A DNA stretch of 64,000 bases from Elusimicrobiota bacterium (GTDB lineage: Bacteria; Elusimicrobiota; Elusimicrobia; UBA1565; UBA9628), in contig DAIDHI010000033.1 in the NCBI GenBank assembly GCA_027452025.1, positions 4,737 to 68,736 of the forward strand. The letters run 5' to 3'. A program made the position numbers and the translations under genes. This document shows positions 55,697-64,000 of this stretch, piece by piece; position 1 is the first letter of the stretch; each line of letters opens with the position of its first letter. The notes below the pieces were generated by a model. That model did no database searches, was not told the DNA's origin, and worked only from the letters and a program-made list of their open reading frames with translations.

Positions 55697-57223
55697 ATGC
55701 CCACTCTGACCAAGAAGCCCCAGACGCGGAAAGCAACGGCCGCGCCCGCCGAGTTGAAGCTTTACATCGGCGGCAAGTGGATCGATGGCTCGCACGACCG
55801 CGTGGTCGAATCCGTCAATCCGGCCGACACGCGCGACGTGGTCGCGCGCTTTAGGAGCGCGAGCCGAGCCGACGCCCTCAAGGCGATCGACGCCGCCGAA
55901 AACGCCTCCGCGGCCTGGGCCAAGACCCCGGCGCCCCAGCGCGGGCGGGTGCTCTCGCGGGTGGCCGAGATCGCGCGCAAGCGGCGCGACGAGCTCGCGG
56001 CGCTGATGACCCGCGAGGAGGGCAAGATCCTTCCCGAGGCCAAGGGCGAGATGGACAAGGGCATCACCCTCATCGATTGGTTCGCCGGGGAGGGCCTGCG
56101 TTTGATGGGCACGAGCGCTCCCTCGGAGCTTGCGGGCAACTTTCTCTATACGATCCGCCAGCCTCTGGGCGTGGCGTCGATCATCACGCCTTGGAACTTC
56201 CCCTGGGCGATCCCGGTCTGGAAGACGGCGCCGGCCCTGGTCGCGGGCAACGCCGTCGTGCTCAAGGCGGCGTCCAACGTCCCGGCGATGGCGGTGGAAA
56301 TCGTCAAGATCTTCGAGGAGGCGGGCCTGCCGCCGGGCGTGCTCAACCTCGTGCTCGGCGAGCCCGAAACCTTCGGCGACGCGCTCATCGAGGACCCGCG
56401 CCTCAAGGCCGTCTCCTTCACCGGGTCCAACGAGGTCGGCCAGCGCGTGTACGAGCTCTGCGGCAAGCGCGGGGCCAAGGTGACCTGCGAAATGGGCGGC
56501 AAGAACCCGACCGTCGTCTGGAACGACGCCGACCTGAATCTCGCGCTTGCCGGCGTCATGAAGGGCGCCTTCGGCTCCACGGGCCAGCGCTGCACGGCCA
56601 CCTCCCGCCTCATCCTGGGCGAGAAGATCTACGACGAGTTCATGGGCCTGCTGCTCTCCGAGGTCAAGAAGATTAAGGTCGGCGACGGCATGGATCCGAC
56701 GGTCGGGATGGGGCCGGCCGTCGACGCCGCCCAGCTCAAGACCGACCTCGACTACATCGAGATCGGCAAAAAGGAAGGCGCCCGGCTTCTGTGCGGCGGC
56801 GGCCGGCCTGACGGCGCGCAGCTGCAGCACGGCTACTTCGTCGAGCCCACCGTCTTCGAGAACGTGAAGCCCAAGTCGCGGCTGTGGCAGGAGGAGATCT
56901 TCGGTCCCGTCCTTTCCGTGGCGCGGGCCAGGACGTTCGAGCATGCGCTCGAGCTGGCCAACGACTGCTCCTTCGGGCTGACCGCGGCCTTCTACGGCCA
57001 GGACCTGACGCTGGCGATGAAGTTCGTCGAGGGTATGGAAGCCGGCATGGTCCACGTCAACAGCCCGACGATCGGAGGCGAGGCGCAGGTGCCCTTCGGA
57101 GGCGTGAAGGGCTCGGGCGTAGGCGAGCGGGAGATGTCCAAGGAGGGGCTCCACTTTTTCACGGAGCTAAAGACGGTCTTTCTGGACTACACCGGCCAGC
57201 GCCGTCAATCGAACCTCTATTAG
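55697..57223 (+). CDS. NAD(P)-dependent aldehyde dehydrogenase (candidate semialdehyde dehydrogenase)
   Basis: ITPWNFP, catalytic Glu in CEMGGKNP and catalytic Cys in GQRCTA. AGGAG SD. Confidence 0.85.
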   Translation: MPTLTKKPQTRKATAAPAELKLYIGGKWIDGSHDRVVESVNPADTRDVVARFRSASRADALKAIDAAENASAAWAKTPAPQRGRVLSRVAEIARKRRDELAALMTREEGKILPEAKGEMDKGITLIDWFAGEGLRLMGTSAPSELAGNFLYTIRQPLGVASIITPWNFPWAIPVWKTAPALVAGNAVVLKAASNVPAMAVEIVKIFEEAGLPPGVLNLVLGEPETFGDALIEDPRLKAVSFTGSNEVGQRVYELCGKRGAKVTCEMGGKNPTVVWNDADLNLALAGVMKGAFGSTGQRCTATSRLILGEKIYDEFMGLLLSEVKKIKVGDGMDPTVGMGPAVDAAQLKTDLDYIEIGKKEGARLLCGGGRPDGAQLQHGYFVEPTVFENVKPKSRLWQEEIFGPVLSVARARTFEHALELANDCSFGLTAAFYGQDLTLAMKFVEGMEAGMVHVNSPTIGGEAQVPFGGVKGSGVGEREMSKEGLHFFTELKTVFLDYTGQRRQSNLY

Positions 57224-57224
57224 C

Positions 57225-57872
57225 GTGACGGCATTCGCGGCGCTCGTCGGCGGAGGACTCGGCGGCCTCTTCGGGGCCGCCGCCGCGCACGTCCTGGTGA
57301 CGGCGCTCAACCAGTTGGGCGCCGCGTCCTGGCTCAAGGGGCCTTTCGGCCCGCCGTTCTTCGACATCGCGCTCTACATGGGCGTGCTGCTGGCGGGCGC
57401 CGCCGCCGGAGCGCTGCGGCGCCCGGGGCCGGCGGCCGCCGCGCTGGCCGCGGCCTTCGGCCTCATCGCCCTGCCTATGTCCGCCCTGACGCACGTCGCG
57501 CGCTGGGGGATGGACGCGGGGGGAGGCCCGACCAACGGCTGGTATTACACCGTCGGCGGGCTCTATTTGCTCGCCACGTGGGGGACGATGGCCGGCCTGG
57601 GGGCCTGGGGCGCGGCGCGCCGCCGCCTTATCGGCGCCGCGCTCGCCTGCGCCGGAGCCTTCGCGGGCTACGGCGTCTTATCGCTGATCCTTTGGCTTGC
57701 GCCGTCTTACCGCTCCGTCGTCTGGTCGCCCACCGGCTTTGTCCCGTCGCCGGTCAATCTGCTCGACGGCCTGCTCACGGGAGCGGGCCTGTCTTTGGGG
57801 ATCTTTGTCGCAAGGAGAAACCATCATGAAGAAAGCCGCCGCCGTGTTGGACAAGGCGCCGTCGTCCGATAG
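57225..57872 (+). CDS. Hypothetical Gly/Ala-rich integral membrane protein
   Basis: Fills the gap of about 600 nt between the ALDH and aminotransferase genes. Five to six hydrophobic segments. GTG start. Its tail overlaps the next gene by 47 nt. Confidence 0.45.
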   Translation: MTAFAALVGGGLGGLFGAAAAHVLVTALNQLGAASWLKGPFGPPFFDIALYMGVLLAGAAAGALRRPGPAAAALAAAFGLIALPMSALTHVARWGMDAGGGPTNGWYYTVGGLYLLATWGTMAGLGAWGAARRRLIGAALACAGAFAGYGVLSLILWLAPSYRSVVWSPTGFVPSPVNLLDGLLTGAGLSLGIFVARRNHHEESRRRVGQGAVVR

Positions 57873-59163
57873 CACCGAGGCCGTGGCCGCGCTGCGGCAG
57901 CGCCACGTGCTGCCGCTTCCCGGTCCGATGTATTCCACGCCCATCCAGATCGTACGCGGGCAGATGCAGTATCTCTTCGACGAGAAGGGCCGCAAGTATC
58001 TCGACGCCTTCGCCGGGGTGGCGACGGTCTCCATCGGCCACTGCCATCCCCACTGGCTCTCCAAGATCGAGGAGCAGATGAGGCAGTATTTTCACACCAC
58101 GCCCCTCTATCTTCACCCGTCTCTGGGCGCCTTCGCCAAGCGGCTGGCCGGCAAGCTCCACGCCGCCAATCCCGAGCTCGAGGTGTGCTTCTTCACCAAC
58201 TCCGGATCCGAAGCCAACGAGCTGGCCGCCCTCATCGCCAAGAATTTCACGGGCTGCCACGACTTCGTTGCGCTGCGCCATGCCTATCACGGGCGCACAC
58301 TGATGACGATGGCTCTCACCGGCCAATCGAATTGGCGCCATTCCACGCCTTACGGTCAGAGCGTGCACTTCGCCAAGGCCTGCTACACCTATCGGCGCCC
58401 CGAGGGGCAGACCCCGCGCCAGTTCGCCGCCTCCTGCGTCGACGACCTGGCCGACTTGATCAAGACCTCCACGCCGGGCAAGATCGCCGCGTTCTACGCC
58501 GAGCCCATCAACGGCGTGGGCGGCGTCATCACGCCCGAGCCGGAATACTTCCCCGGAGCCTACGAGGCGGTCAAGAAGGCCGGCGGCCTCTTCATCGCCG
58601 ACGAGGTGCAGACGGGCGTGGGCCGGACGGGAAAGACTTTCACCGGCATCGAGAAGTGGGGCGTGCGCCCGGACATCGTGACCATGGCCAAGGGCCTGGG
58701 CAACGGCTACCCGATCGGGGCGGTGATCACCACTCGCCGCATCGCCGAGGCCATGAAGGGCAAGCTCCACTACAACACCTTCGGCGGCGGCCCCGTGCAG
58801 ATGGCGGCGGCCGGCGCCGTCCTCGACGTCCTCGAGAAGGAGAAGCTCGCCGACAACGCGGCCGAGGTCGGGTCCTATCTCATGGGGCGGCTAAAGAAGC
58901 TCGAGCGCGAGTCCGCGCACGTCGGCGAGGCGCGCGGCATGGGCCTGATGATCGGCGTCGAGATCGTCAAGGACCAGAAGCGCAAGGAGCCGGCGCCCGA
59001 GCTCGCGGCCAAGCTCCTGGACCTGACCAAGGAGCGCGGGCTGCTTATCGGCAAGGGGGGCCTGGCCGGCAACGTCCTGCGCGTCAAGCCGCCCCTTTGC
59101 GTGACGCGCCGCGACGCGGATTTCGCCGCGGACGTCCTGCAGGAGTCCCTGGCCGCGCTCTGA
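57826..59163 (+). CDS. Class-III aminotransferase, AGXT2 / beta-alanine-pyruvate type
   Basis: FTNSGSEANE, FIADEVQTGVGRTG and PLP lysine in TMAKGLGNGYP. AAGGAG SD before ATG 57826. Confidence 0.85.
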   Translation: MKKAAAVLDKAPSSDSTEAVAALRQRHVLPLPGPMYSTPIQIVRGQMQYLFDEKGRKYLDAFAGVATVSIGHCHPHWLSKIEEQMRQYFHTTPLYLHPSLGAFAKRLAGKLHAANPELEVCFFTNSGSEANELAALIAKNFTGCHDFVALRHAYHGRTLMTMALTGQSNWRHSTPYGQSVHFAKACYTYRRPEGQTPRQFAASCVDDLADLIKTSTPGKIAAFYAEPINGVGGVITPEPEYFPGAYEAVKKAGGLFIADEVQTGVGRTGKTFTGIEKWGVRPDIVTMAKGLGNGYPIGAVITTRRIAEAMKGKLHYNTFGGGPVQMAAAGAVLDVLEKEKLADNAAEVGSYLMGRLKKLERESAHVGEARGMGLMIGVEIVKDQKRKEPAPELAAKLLDLTKERGLLIGKGGLAGNVLRVKPPLCVTRRDADFAADVLQESLAAL

Positions 59164-59183
59164 TCGGCTACAATAGGGGCGAC

Positions 59184-59624
59184 ATGAGCCCCATCCTGAG
59201 GCTGCGCCGCGGCGTCGGCGTCGTTTTCGTCGCGGCCGGCGTCCTGCACGCCACCATAATGGTCATGGCGACGCTGTATTCGATGCGCCTGCTCCCCTTC
59301 GTGATCACGGCGCGGTTGTGGAGCCGCTTGTACTTCGGCCACTTCCTGGCCCTGGTCCTGGGCTGCGGGCTTTATCTCGCGCTCGGCTACCGGCGCCGCG
59401 GCTTCTACTTCGAGCCCCTGCTCGACTTCGCCGCGGGAGTGGCGGGCTTCAACGTGTTCCTGACGCTGACCGCCGTAGCGCTGGTGCGCCATTGGCTGCC
59501 GGCCTGGCTTTCTCCGATCCCGTCGGCTTTTTTGCTGGCCTACGGCCTCGGGCTCATGCGCGGCCGGCGCTTCGGCTTCGGGAAAGGCTACGCGCCGCCT
59601 CGGGAAGGCTCAGAGCCGGCGTGA
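59184..59624 (+). CDS. Hypothetical membrane protein (about 4 TM)
   Basis: Hydrophobic helices (VGVVFVAAGVLHATIMVMATLY, FLALVLGCGLYLALGY and others). Its 3' end overlaps the convergent CoA-transferase gene by 71 nt. Confidence 0.45.
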   Translation: MSPILRLRRGVGVVFVAAGVLHATIMVMATLYSMRLLPFVITARLWSRLYFGHFLALVLGCGLYLALGYRRRGFYFEPLLDFAAGVAGFNVFLTLTAVALVRHWLPAWLSPIPSAFLLAYGLGLMRGRRFGFGKGYAPPREGSEPA

Positions 59625-60543
59625 CGCAGGCGTCGAGCCCTTCCAGGCGCCGCGCCCACTGAGCGGAGGTGGCCTTGCGGAACTCCGCCTCCAGCGCCCG
59701 GCTCAGGCGGGCGCGGTCGCGGCGCGCGTCGAGAGCCGCCAGCCGCGAAAGGCCCAGGCGCTCGAGCAGCGCCAGCCAAAACGGCCGCTCCACGGCCGCG
59801 ACGGCGATCCAACGGCGGTCCCGGGTCTCGTAGAGCCGGTAGTAAGGGAGCTCGCCCAGCCACCAGGGCTTCGCGCCTTTCCCGGAACCGGCATTGGCCA
59901 GCGGCAGGACGAGCCAGGAATGGAGGGCCTGGGCCATCGACATCCGCACCAGGCGTCCGCGGCCGGTGAACTCGCGCTCGAGCAGGGCGGCTAGGATGCC
60001 CGAGACGGCGGCCATGGAGCCCGAGAGGTCGCCCACCTGCGCGGGCGGCGGCGCCGGGCGGCCTCCGGCGGCCGCCACAAAGCCGCTGCGCGCGAGAAAA
60101 TTCAAGTCGTGCCCGGCCTGCCGGGCCCAGGGGCCGTCCGCCGGATAGCCCGAGAGCGAGCAGTAGACCAAGCGCGGATTGAGCCGGGCCACGGTCTCGA
60201 AGCCCAACCCCATGCGCTCCATGCGCCCCGGCCGGAAGGTCTCGAGCAGCACGTCGGCGCGCGCGAGCAGCCGCCGCAGGCGGGCTTTGGCCGCGGACTT
60301 TCGAAGGTCGAGCCGCACCGTCCTTTTGCCGTCGTTGACCATGCGGAAGGCGCGCGGCTCCAGCCCTCGCATCAGGTCCTCGGCGTGAGGCTGCTCGACG
60401 CGCGTCACCCGCATGCCCATGTCGGCCAGGATCTGAGAGGCGAAAGGGCCGGGGAGCAATTTGCTAAAATCCAGCACTCGGAACCGGGCGAAGCCGCGGA
60501 AGGGGATTCCGATGCCGCCGACGGGACGCCCGGGCAGGATCAT
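59554..60543 (-). CDS. Family III CoA-transferase (CaiB/BaiF-like)
   Basis: VLDFSKLLPGPFASQILADMG N-terminus, ETFRPGRMERMGLG and GHDLNF motifs. Confidence 0.8.
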   Translation of the reverse strand: MILPGRPVGGIGIPFRGFARFRVLDFSKLLPGPFASQILADMGMRVTRVEQPHAEDLMRGLEPRAFRMVNDGKRTVRLDLRKSAAKARLRRLLARADVLLETFRPGRMERMGLGFETVARLNPRLVYCSLSGYPADGPWARQAGHDLNFLARSGFVAAAGGRPAPPPAQVGDLSGSMAAVSGILAALLEREFTGRGRLVRMSMAQALHSWLVLPLANAGSGKGAKPWWLGELPYYRLYETRDRRWIAVAAVERPFWLALLERLGLSRLAALDARRDRARLSRALEAEFRKATSAQWARRLEGLDACVTPALSLPEAARSLSRSRSAGRA

Positions 60544-60558
60544 CGCGCGAGTATATCA

Positions 60559-61752
60559 TTGAACACGGCCACCCGTAAGTACATAGAGCTCGACGAGCGC
60601 TACGGAGCGCACAACTACCACCCGCTGCCGGTGGTGCTCGAGCGCGGCAAAGGGGTCTTCGTCTGGGACGTCGAAGGCCGGCGCTACTTCGACATGCTGT
60701 CGTCGTATTCCGCCCTCAATCAGGGGCATGGTCATCCTCGGATCGTCGCCGCGGCCAAAAAGCAGGTCGGCAAGCTGGCTTTGACCTCCCGCGCTTTCCA
60801 CAACACCTTGATGGGCGCCTTCCTCAAGCGCATCTGCGAGCTGACCGGCCAGGACATGGCCCTGCCCATGAACTCCGGCGCCGAAGCCGTCGAGACGGCC
60901 ATCAAAGCCATGCGCCAGTGGGGCTACCTGCGCAAGGGCATCGCCGCCAACCGCGCCGAGATCATCGTCTGCCGGGGCAACTTCCACGGCCGCACGACGA
61001 CGATCGTGGGCTTTTCCTCGGATCCGGACTCCTCCGGCAACTTCGGACCGGCCACGCCCGGCTTCGTCACGGTCAACTACGGCTCCCTAGAGGATCTCGA
61101 GGCGGCCATCACCGCGAACACCTGCGGCTTCCTGGTCGAGCCCATCCAAGGCGAGGCCGGCGTGCTCGTGCCGCCCGAGGGTTATCTGGCCAAGGCGCGT
61201 CAGCTTTGCGCCGACCGCAAGGTCTTATTCTGCGCCGACGAGATCCAGACCGGGCTCGGCCGCACCGGGCGCCTGTTCGCCGTCGACCACGAGGCTGTCA
61301 AGCCGGATCTCATCATCCTCGGCAAGGCGCTGTCCGGAGGGCTCTATCCCATCTCCGCCGTCGCCGCGTCCTCCGAGGTCCTCGGACTTTTCCGGCCGGG
61401 CACCCACGGCAGCACCTTCGGCGGCAACCCCTTGGCCAGCGCGATCGGCTTGGCCGCCCTCGATGTGATCGTGCGCGAGAAGCTGCCCGCCAACGCCGCC
61501 AAGCAGGGGGAATACTTCCGCCGGCGCCTCAAGGAGATGCGCCATCCCTTGGTCGTCGATATCCGGGGCAAGGGCCTGCTGACCGGCCTGGAATTCCGGA
61601 TCCCGACCCGTCCGCTGTGCGAAAAGCTCATGGAGCGCGGCGTCCTCGCCAAGGACAGCCATGAGATGACCATCCGCTTCGCGCCGCCCCTGACCATCAC
61701 CCGCTCCCAGCTCGACTCGGCCCTGCGGGCGATCCGAACAGCCCTGTCTTGA
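60559..61752 (+). CDS. rocD: Ornithine aminotransferase
   Basis: Collinear by eye with B. subtilis RocD (YGAHNYHPLPVV, DMLSSYSALNQGHGHP, NFHGRT, CADEIQTGLGRTG, ILGKALSGG, GSTFGGNPLA, IRFAPPL). A TTG is the only possible start. Confidence 0.9.
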   Translation: MNTATRKYIELDERYGAHNYHPLPVVLERGKGVFVWDVEGRRYFDMLSSYSALNQGHGHPRIVAAAKKQVGKLALTSRAFHNTLMGAFLKRICELTGQDMALPMNSGAEAVETAIKAMRQWGYLRKGIAANRAEIIVCRGNFHGRTTTIVGFSSDPDSSGNFGPATPGFVTVNYGSLEDLEAAITANTCGFLVEPIQGEAGVLVPPEGYLAKARQLCADRKVLFCADEIQTGLGRTGRLFAVDHEAVKPDLIILGKALSGGLYPISAVAASSEVLGLFRPGTHGSTFGGNPLASAIGLAALDVIVREKLPANAAKQGEYFRRRLKEMRHPLVVDIRGKGLLTGLEFRIPTRPLCEKLMERGVLAKDSHEMTIRFAPPLTITRSQLDSALRAIRTALS

Positions 61753-63737
61753 GCTCGCGCCTGAAGCGCTTCGCGCCCGCGGCCGCCTACCTCGGTCTGA
61801 GCGCCGTCTTTTGGCTCGCCGCGCTCCGCGGCCGCCGCGCGCTGTTCTACGACGTCTTGTTCTATCTGACGTATCCCAACACGGCCTTCCTGCGCGCCTC
61901 GCTCTCCCGGGGCCTTCTGCCGCTCTGGAATCCGCACCTTTATTCGGGGACTCCGTTTCTTGCCGACATCCAGACCGCCGTCTTCTACCCGGCCACTTGG
62001 CTCTACGCCTTGATGCCGTTCGCGCGGGCGCTGGCGCTCGCCGTCTGGCTCCACGCCGCGCTGGCCGGCTTGGCGATGCATCTGCTGGCGCGCAAGCTCG
62101 GGTTCTCGCACGAAGGCGCCTGCGCGGCGGGACTGGCCTACGGGTTCAACGGCTTCTTCGTCTCGCACTACGCCTATCCCGAGGTTTTTTCCACCTACCC
62201 CTGGCTGCCCGTCATCCTGTGGCTGCTGCTGCGGGCTCTCGACGGCGGCTCCCGCCGCGACGCTCTGGCGGCCGGGGGGGCCGCGGCGCTGGCCGTCTGC
62301 GCGGGACATCCTCAATTCGCCCTCTACACCGGCGCGGGCGCCGCGGCTTTCTTCCTCTTGGAGCGCCCGTCGACGCGGGCGGCCGGGATCCTGGCGCTGG
62401 CGGGGCTCTTTGCCGCCGGCGCTTGCGCCGTCCAATGGCTGCCCTTCTTCGCTTTCCTGCGCCATTGCAGCCGTCTCGCCTCCCCCAGCTACGATTTCTC
62501 GACGCTGTATTCCGTCAAGCCCGCCGACCTCGCCCGCATGCTCGCGCAGCCGCTCTGGAACCGATCCTTCTCGCCTTCGAGCGGAGACTCCCACGTCGTG
62601 GGCTTCTATTTCGGTCTTCCGCTGCTTTTTCTGGCTCTGTGGGGGCTCTTCGCCGGACGGCGCGCCCGGGCCTTCGCGTGGCTGGCGGCCGCCGGAATCG
62701 CGCTCTCATTGGGCCGGTTTCTGCCCCTCTATCCGGCGCTCTACGCGTGGGTCGCCCCAATACGCTGGCTTAGGTTCCCGGCCCAGGCGCTATTCCTGGC
62801 CTGCTTCGGCCTGGCCGGCCTGGCCGGCTTGGGCCTCGACCGCCTGGGTTGGCCCGCCGCCGCATCCTGGGGGCTGCTGGCTCTCGCCGCGGCCGATCTG
62901 CTGCTCTTCGCCGGCCGCGCCGTCCAGACCATCGATCCCGCCTTCTACGCGGCCCGCCTGTCCACGCCCGCCTACCTGCGCCGCGCGGCGGGGGAAGACT
63001 ACCGGATCATGATGACCCCGCGGACCCGTCAGGCCGGCAGGCGCGCCGGGCGCAATCGCCTGGACGCCTGGCTCGGCTTTCGCGACTCGCTCTACCCGAA
63101 CCTCGCCGAAGCCGAGGGCCTGCGGGATGCCGACGGCCGGCTGGAGCTGCGCGACGCCGCCTACGACGGCGTCCTGAGCGCCCTGTCTCGCAGCCCCCGC
63201 TCGCCCTGGCTCGACGCCTTGAGCATCCGCTATCTGCTGACCTTCTGGGACCTGCCCGCCTCGAAATTCCGGCTCGCACGCGCCGGCCCGATCAAGGTCT
63301 ACGAGAACGAGTCGGCCCTCCCGAGGGCTTACTTTTGCCCCGCGGCCGTCCACGTTCCTCCGGGCGGCGAAACGGCCTACGTCCAAGCCCACCCCGGGTT
63401 CGATTTCCGCCGGGCATTGCTTTGGTCGGGGCCGCAGAGCCCGGGGCGCTCCCGGGGGCGGGCCCGTCTTCTGAGCGGCTCCCCGAACGCCTTGAGCGCC
63501 GAGGTCGCGGCCTCCGGACCGGGCTGGCTTGTGGTGACCGACGCCTACGACCCAGGCTGGACGGCGCGAGTCGACGGAGGGCCGCAGCCGCTTGCGCGGG
63601 TCAACGCCGTCCAACGCGCCGTCGCCGTGGGAGCCGGAAACCACCTCGTGGAAATGCGCTACGAGCCGCCCTTCTTTCGGGCGGGGGCCGCGGTTTCGCT
63701 CCTGACGCTGGCCGGGGGGCTGCTTTGGGCGCTTTAG
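61749..63737 (+). CDS. YfhO-like polytopic membrane glycosyltransferase (GT-C type), paralog 2
   Basis: LPLWNPHLYSGTPFLADIQTAVFYP motif, many TM helices and a C-terminal soluble domain plus terminal TM, the same layout as 6386..8197. The TTG start overlaps the rocD stop. Confidence 0.7.
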   Translation: MSSRLKRFAPAAAYLGLSAVFWLAALRGRRALFYDVLFYLTYPNTAFLRASLSRGLLPLWNPHLYSGTPFLADIQTAVFYPATWLYALMPFARALALAVWLHAALAGLAMHLLARKLGFSHEGACAAGLAYGFNGFFVSHYAYPEVFSTYPWLPVILWLLLRALDGGSRRDALAAGGAAALAVCAGHPQFALYTGAGAAAFFLLERPSTRAAGILALAGLFAAGACAVQWLPFFAFLRHCSRLASPSYDFSTLYSVKPADLARMLAQPLWNRSFSPSSGDSHVVGFYFGLPLLFLALWGLFAGRRARAFAWLAAAGIALSLGRFLPLYPALYAWVAPIRWLRFPAQALFLACFGLAGLAGLGLDRLGWPAAASWGLLALAAADLLLFAGRAVQTIDPAFYAARLSTPAYLRRAAGEDYRIMMTPRTRQAGRRAGRNRLDAWLGFRDSLYPNLAEAEGLRDADGRLELRDAAYDGVLSALSRSPRSPWLDALSIRYLLTFWDLPASKFRLARAGPIKVYENESALPRAYFCPAAVHVPPGGETAYVQAHPGFDFRRALLWSGPQSPGRSRGRARLLSGSPNALSAEVAASGPGWLVVTDAYDPGWTARVDGGPQPLARVNAVQRAVAVGAGNHLVEMRYEPPFFRAGAAVSLLTLAGGLLWAL

Positions 63738-63738
63738 C

Positions 63739-63767
63739 TAGACAGGGCCATCCAAAACTGATATACT
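63739..63767 (+). promoter_or_regulatory. Sigma70-like promoter TAGACA-17 nt-TATACT
   Basis: Seen in the AT-rich spacer upstream of the gabT-like gene. Confidence 0.45.
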
Positions 63768-63796
63768 GTCACACCCCACGGTAAAAACTCATATAT

Positions 63797-64000
63797 ATGC
63801 TCACTAAATCGAAAGCCAAGGACCTTTGGGAGCTGCGCGGCCGCCTCGTTTCCACGGGCACCGCCGCCTACACCGACGTCGTCATCGACCATGCCCAGAA
63901 CGCAAAGGTCTGGGACGTCGACGGCAAGGAATACGTGGATTTCGCCGGCGGCATCGGCACGCTCAACGTCGGCCACTGCCACCCCAAGGTCGTCGCAGCC
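63797..64000 (+). CDS. gabT: 4-aminobutyrate aminotransferase, N-terminal fragment (runs off the window)
   Basis: My translation gives [68 protein letters not shown]. This matches the E. coli GabT segment [31 protein letters not shown]. Confidence 0.75.
   Translation, partial: MLTKSKAKDLWELRGRLVSTGTAAYTDVVIDHAQNAKVWDVDGKEYVDFAGGIGTLNVGHCHPKVVAA

Noticed and set aside
57225-57872. The 47-nt overlap with the aminotransferase gene as a sign of a frameshift or pseudogene
   Set aside because: Both frames are intact. The aminotransferase has a strong AAGGAG SD and a normal N-terminus. The overlap only involves the hydrophilic tail of a low-confidence membrane ORF, so a mis-set stop or start is more likely than gene decay.

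Overview
Gene-dense, visibly GC-rich bacterial chromosomal segment with about 75 protein genes and 3 tRNAs. Intergenic spacers are short AT-rich islands carrying sigma70-like promoters and hairpins. I found no transposase, integrase, CRISPR array, rRNA or recognisable phage-defence module, so this reads as core chromosome, probably of a diderm from a poorly studied lineage (taxonomy not determinable here). Many long ORFs in the supplied track are alternate-frame or antisense artefacts of the GC bias. Layout, left to right: (1) a Cache-type sensor fragment, trxA, uppS, tatC, a PEBP protein and ald. (2) A minus-strand string of 12 tightly packed or overlapping genes: tig-clpP-lon, class-V aminotransferase, alpha/beta hydrolase, serA, ABC ATPase, ABC-2 permease, TPR lipoprotein, YfhO-like GT-C and a zinc-ribbon membrane protein. 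(3) tRNA-Lys and tRNA-Leu. (4) A plus-strand envelope cluster: GYF/coiled-coil membrane protein, two unknowns, TPR-SpoIID lipoprotein, GT4 and patatin. (5) icd carrying a zinc-ribbon insertion. (6) GtrB-like GT2, yceD, rpmF, plsX, fabG, acpP, rnc and an acyl-CoA dehydrogenase. (7) An orphan NarL-type regulator and tRNA-Met. (8) A 60-aa histone-fold protein, a MidA/NDUFAF7-type methyltransferase and an 11-gene nuoABCDHIJKLMN operon without nuoEFG, followed by three unknown envelope proteins. (9) A complete reductive pyrimidine to beta-alanine catabolic cluster with embedded unknowns. (10) A CoA-transferase, rocD, a second YfhO paralog and a gabT fragment. The best candidates for something new are the bacterial histone at the head of the MidA-nuo string, the assembly-factor-like methyltransferase start/stop-coupled to nuoA together with the EFG-less complex I and its lineage-specific extensions and tail genes, the CxxC-x10-CxxC insertion in isocitrate dehydrogenase, and the GYF/coiled-coil to SpoIID envelope operon. 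All functional calls come from motif recognition by eye, because no searches could be run.
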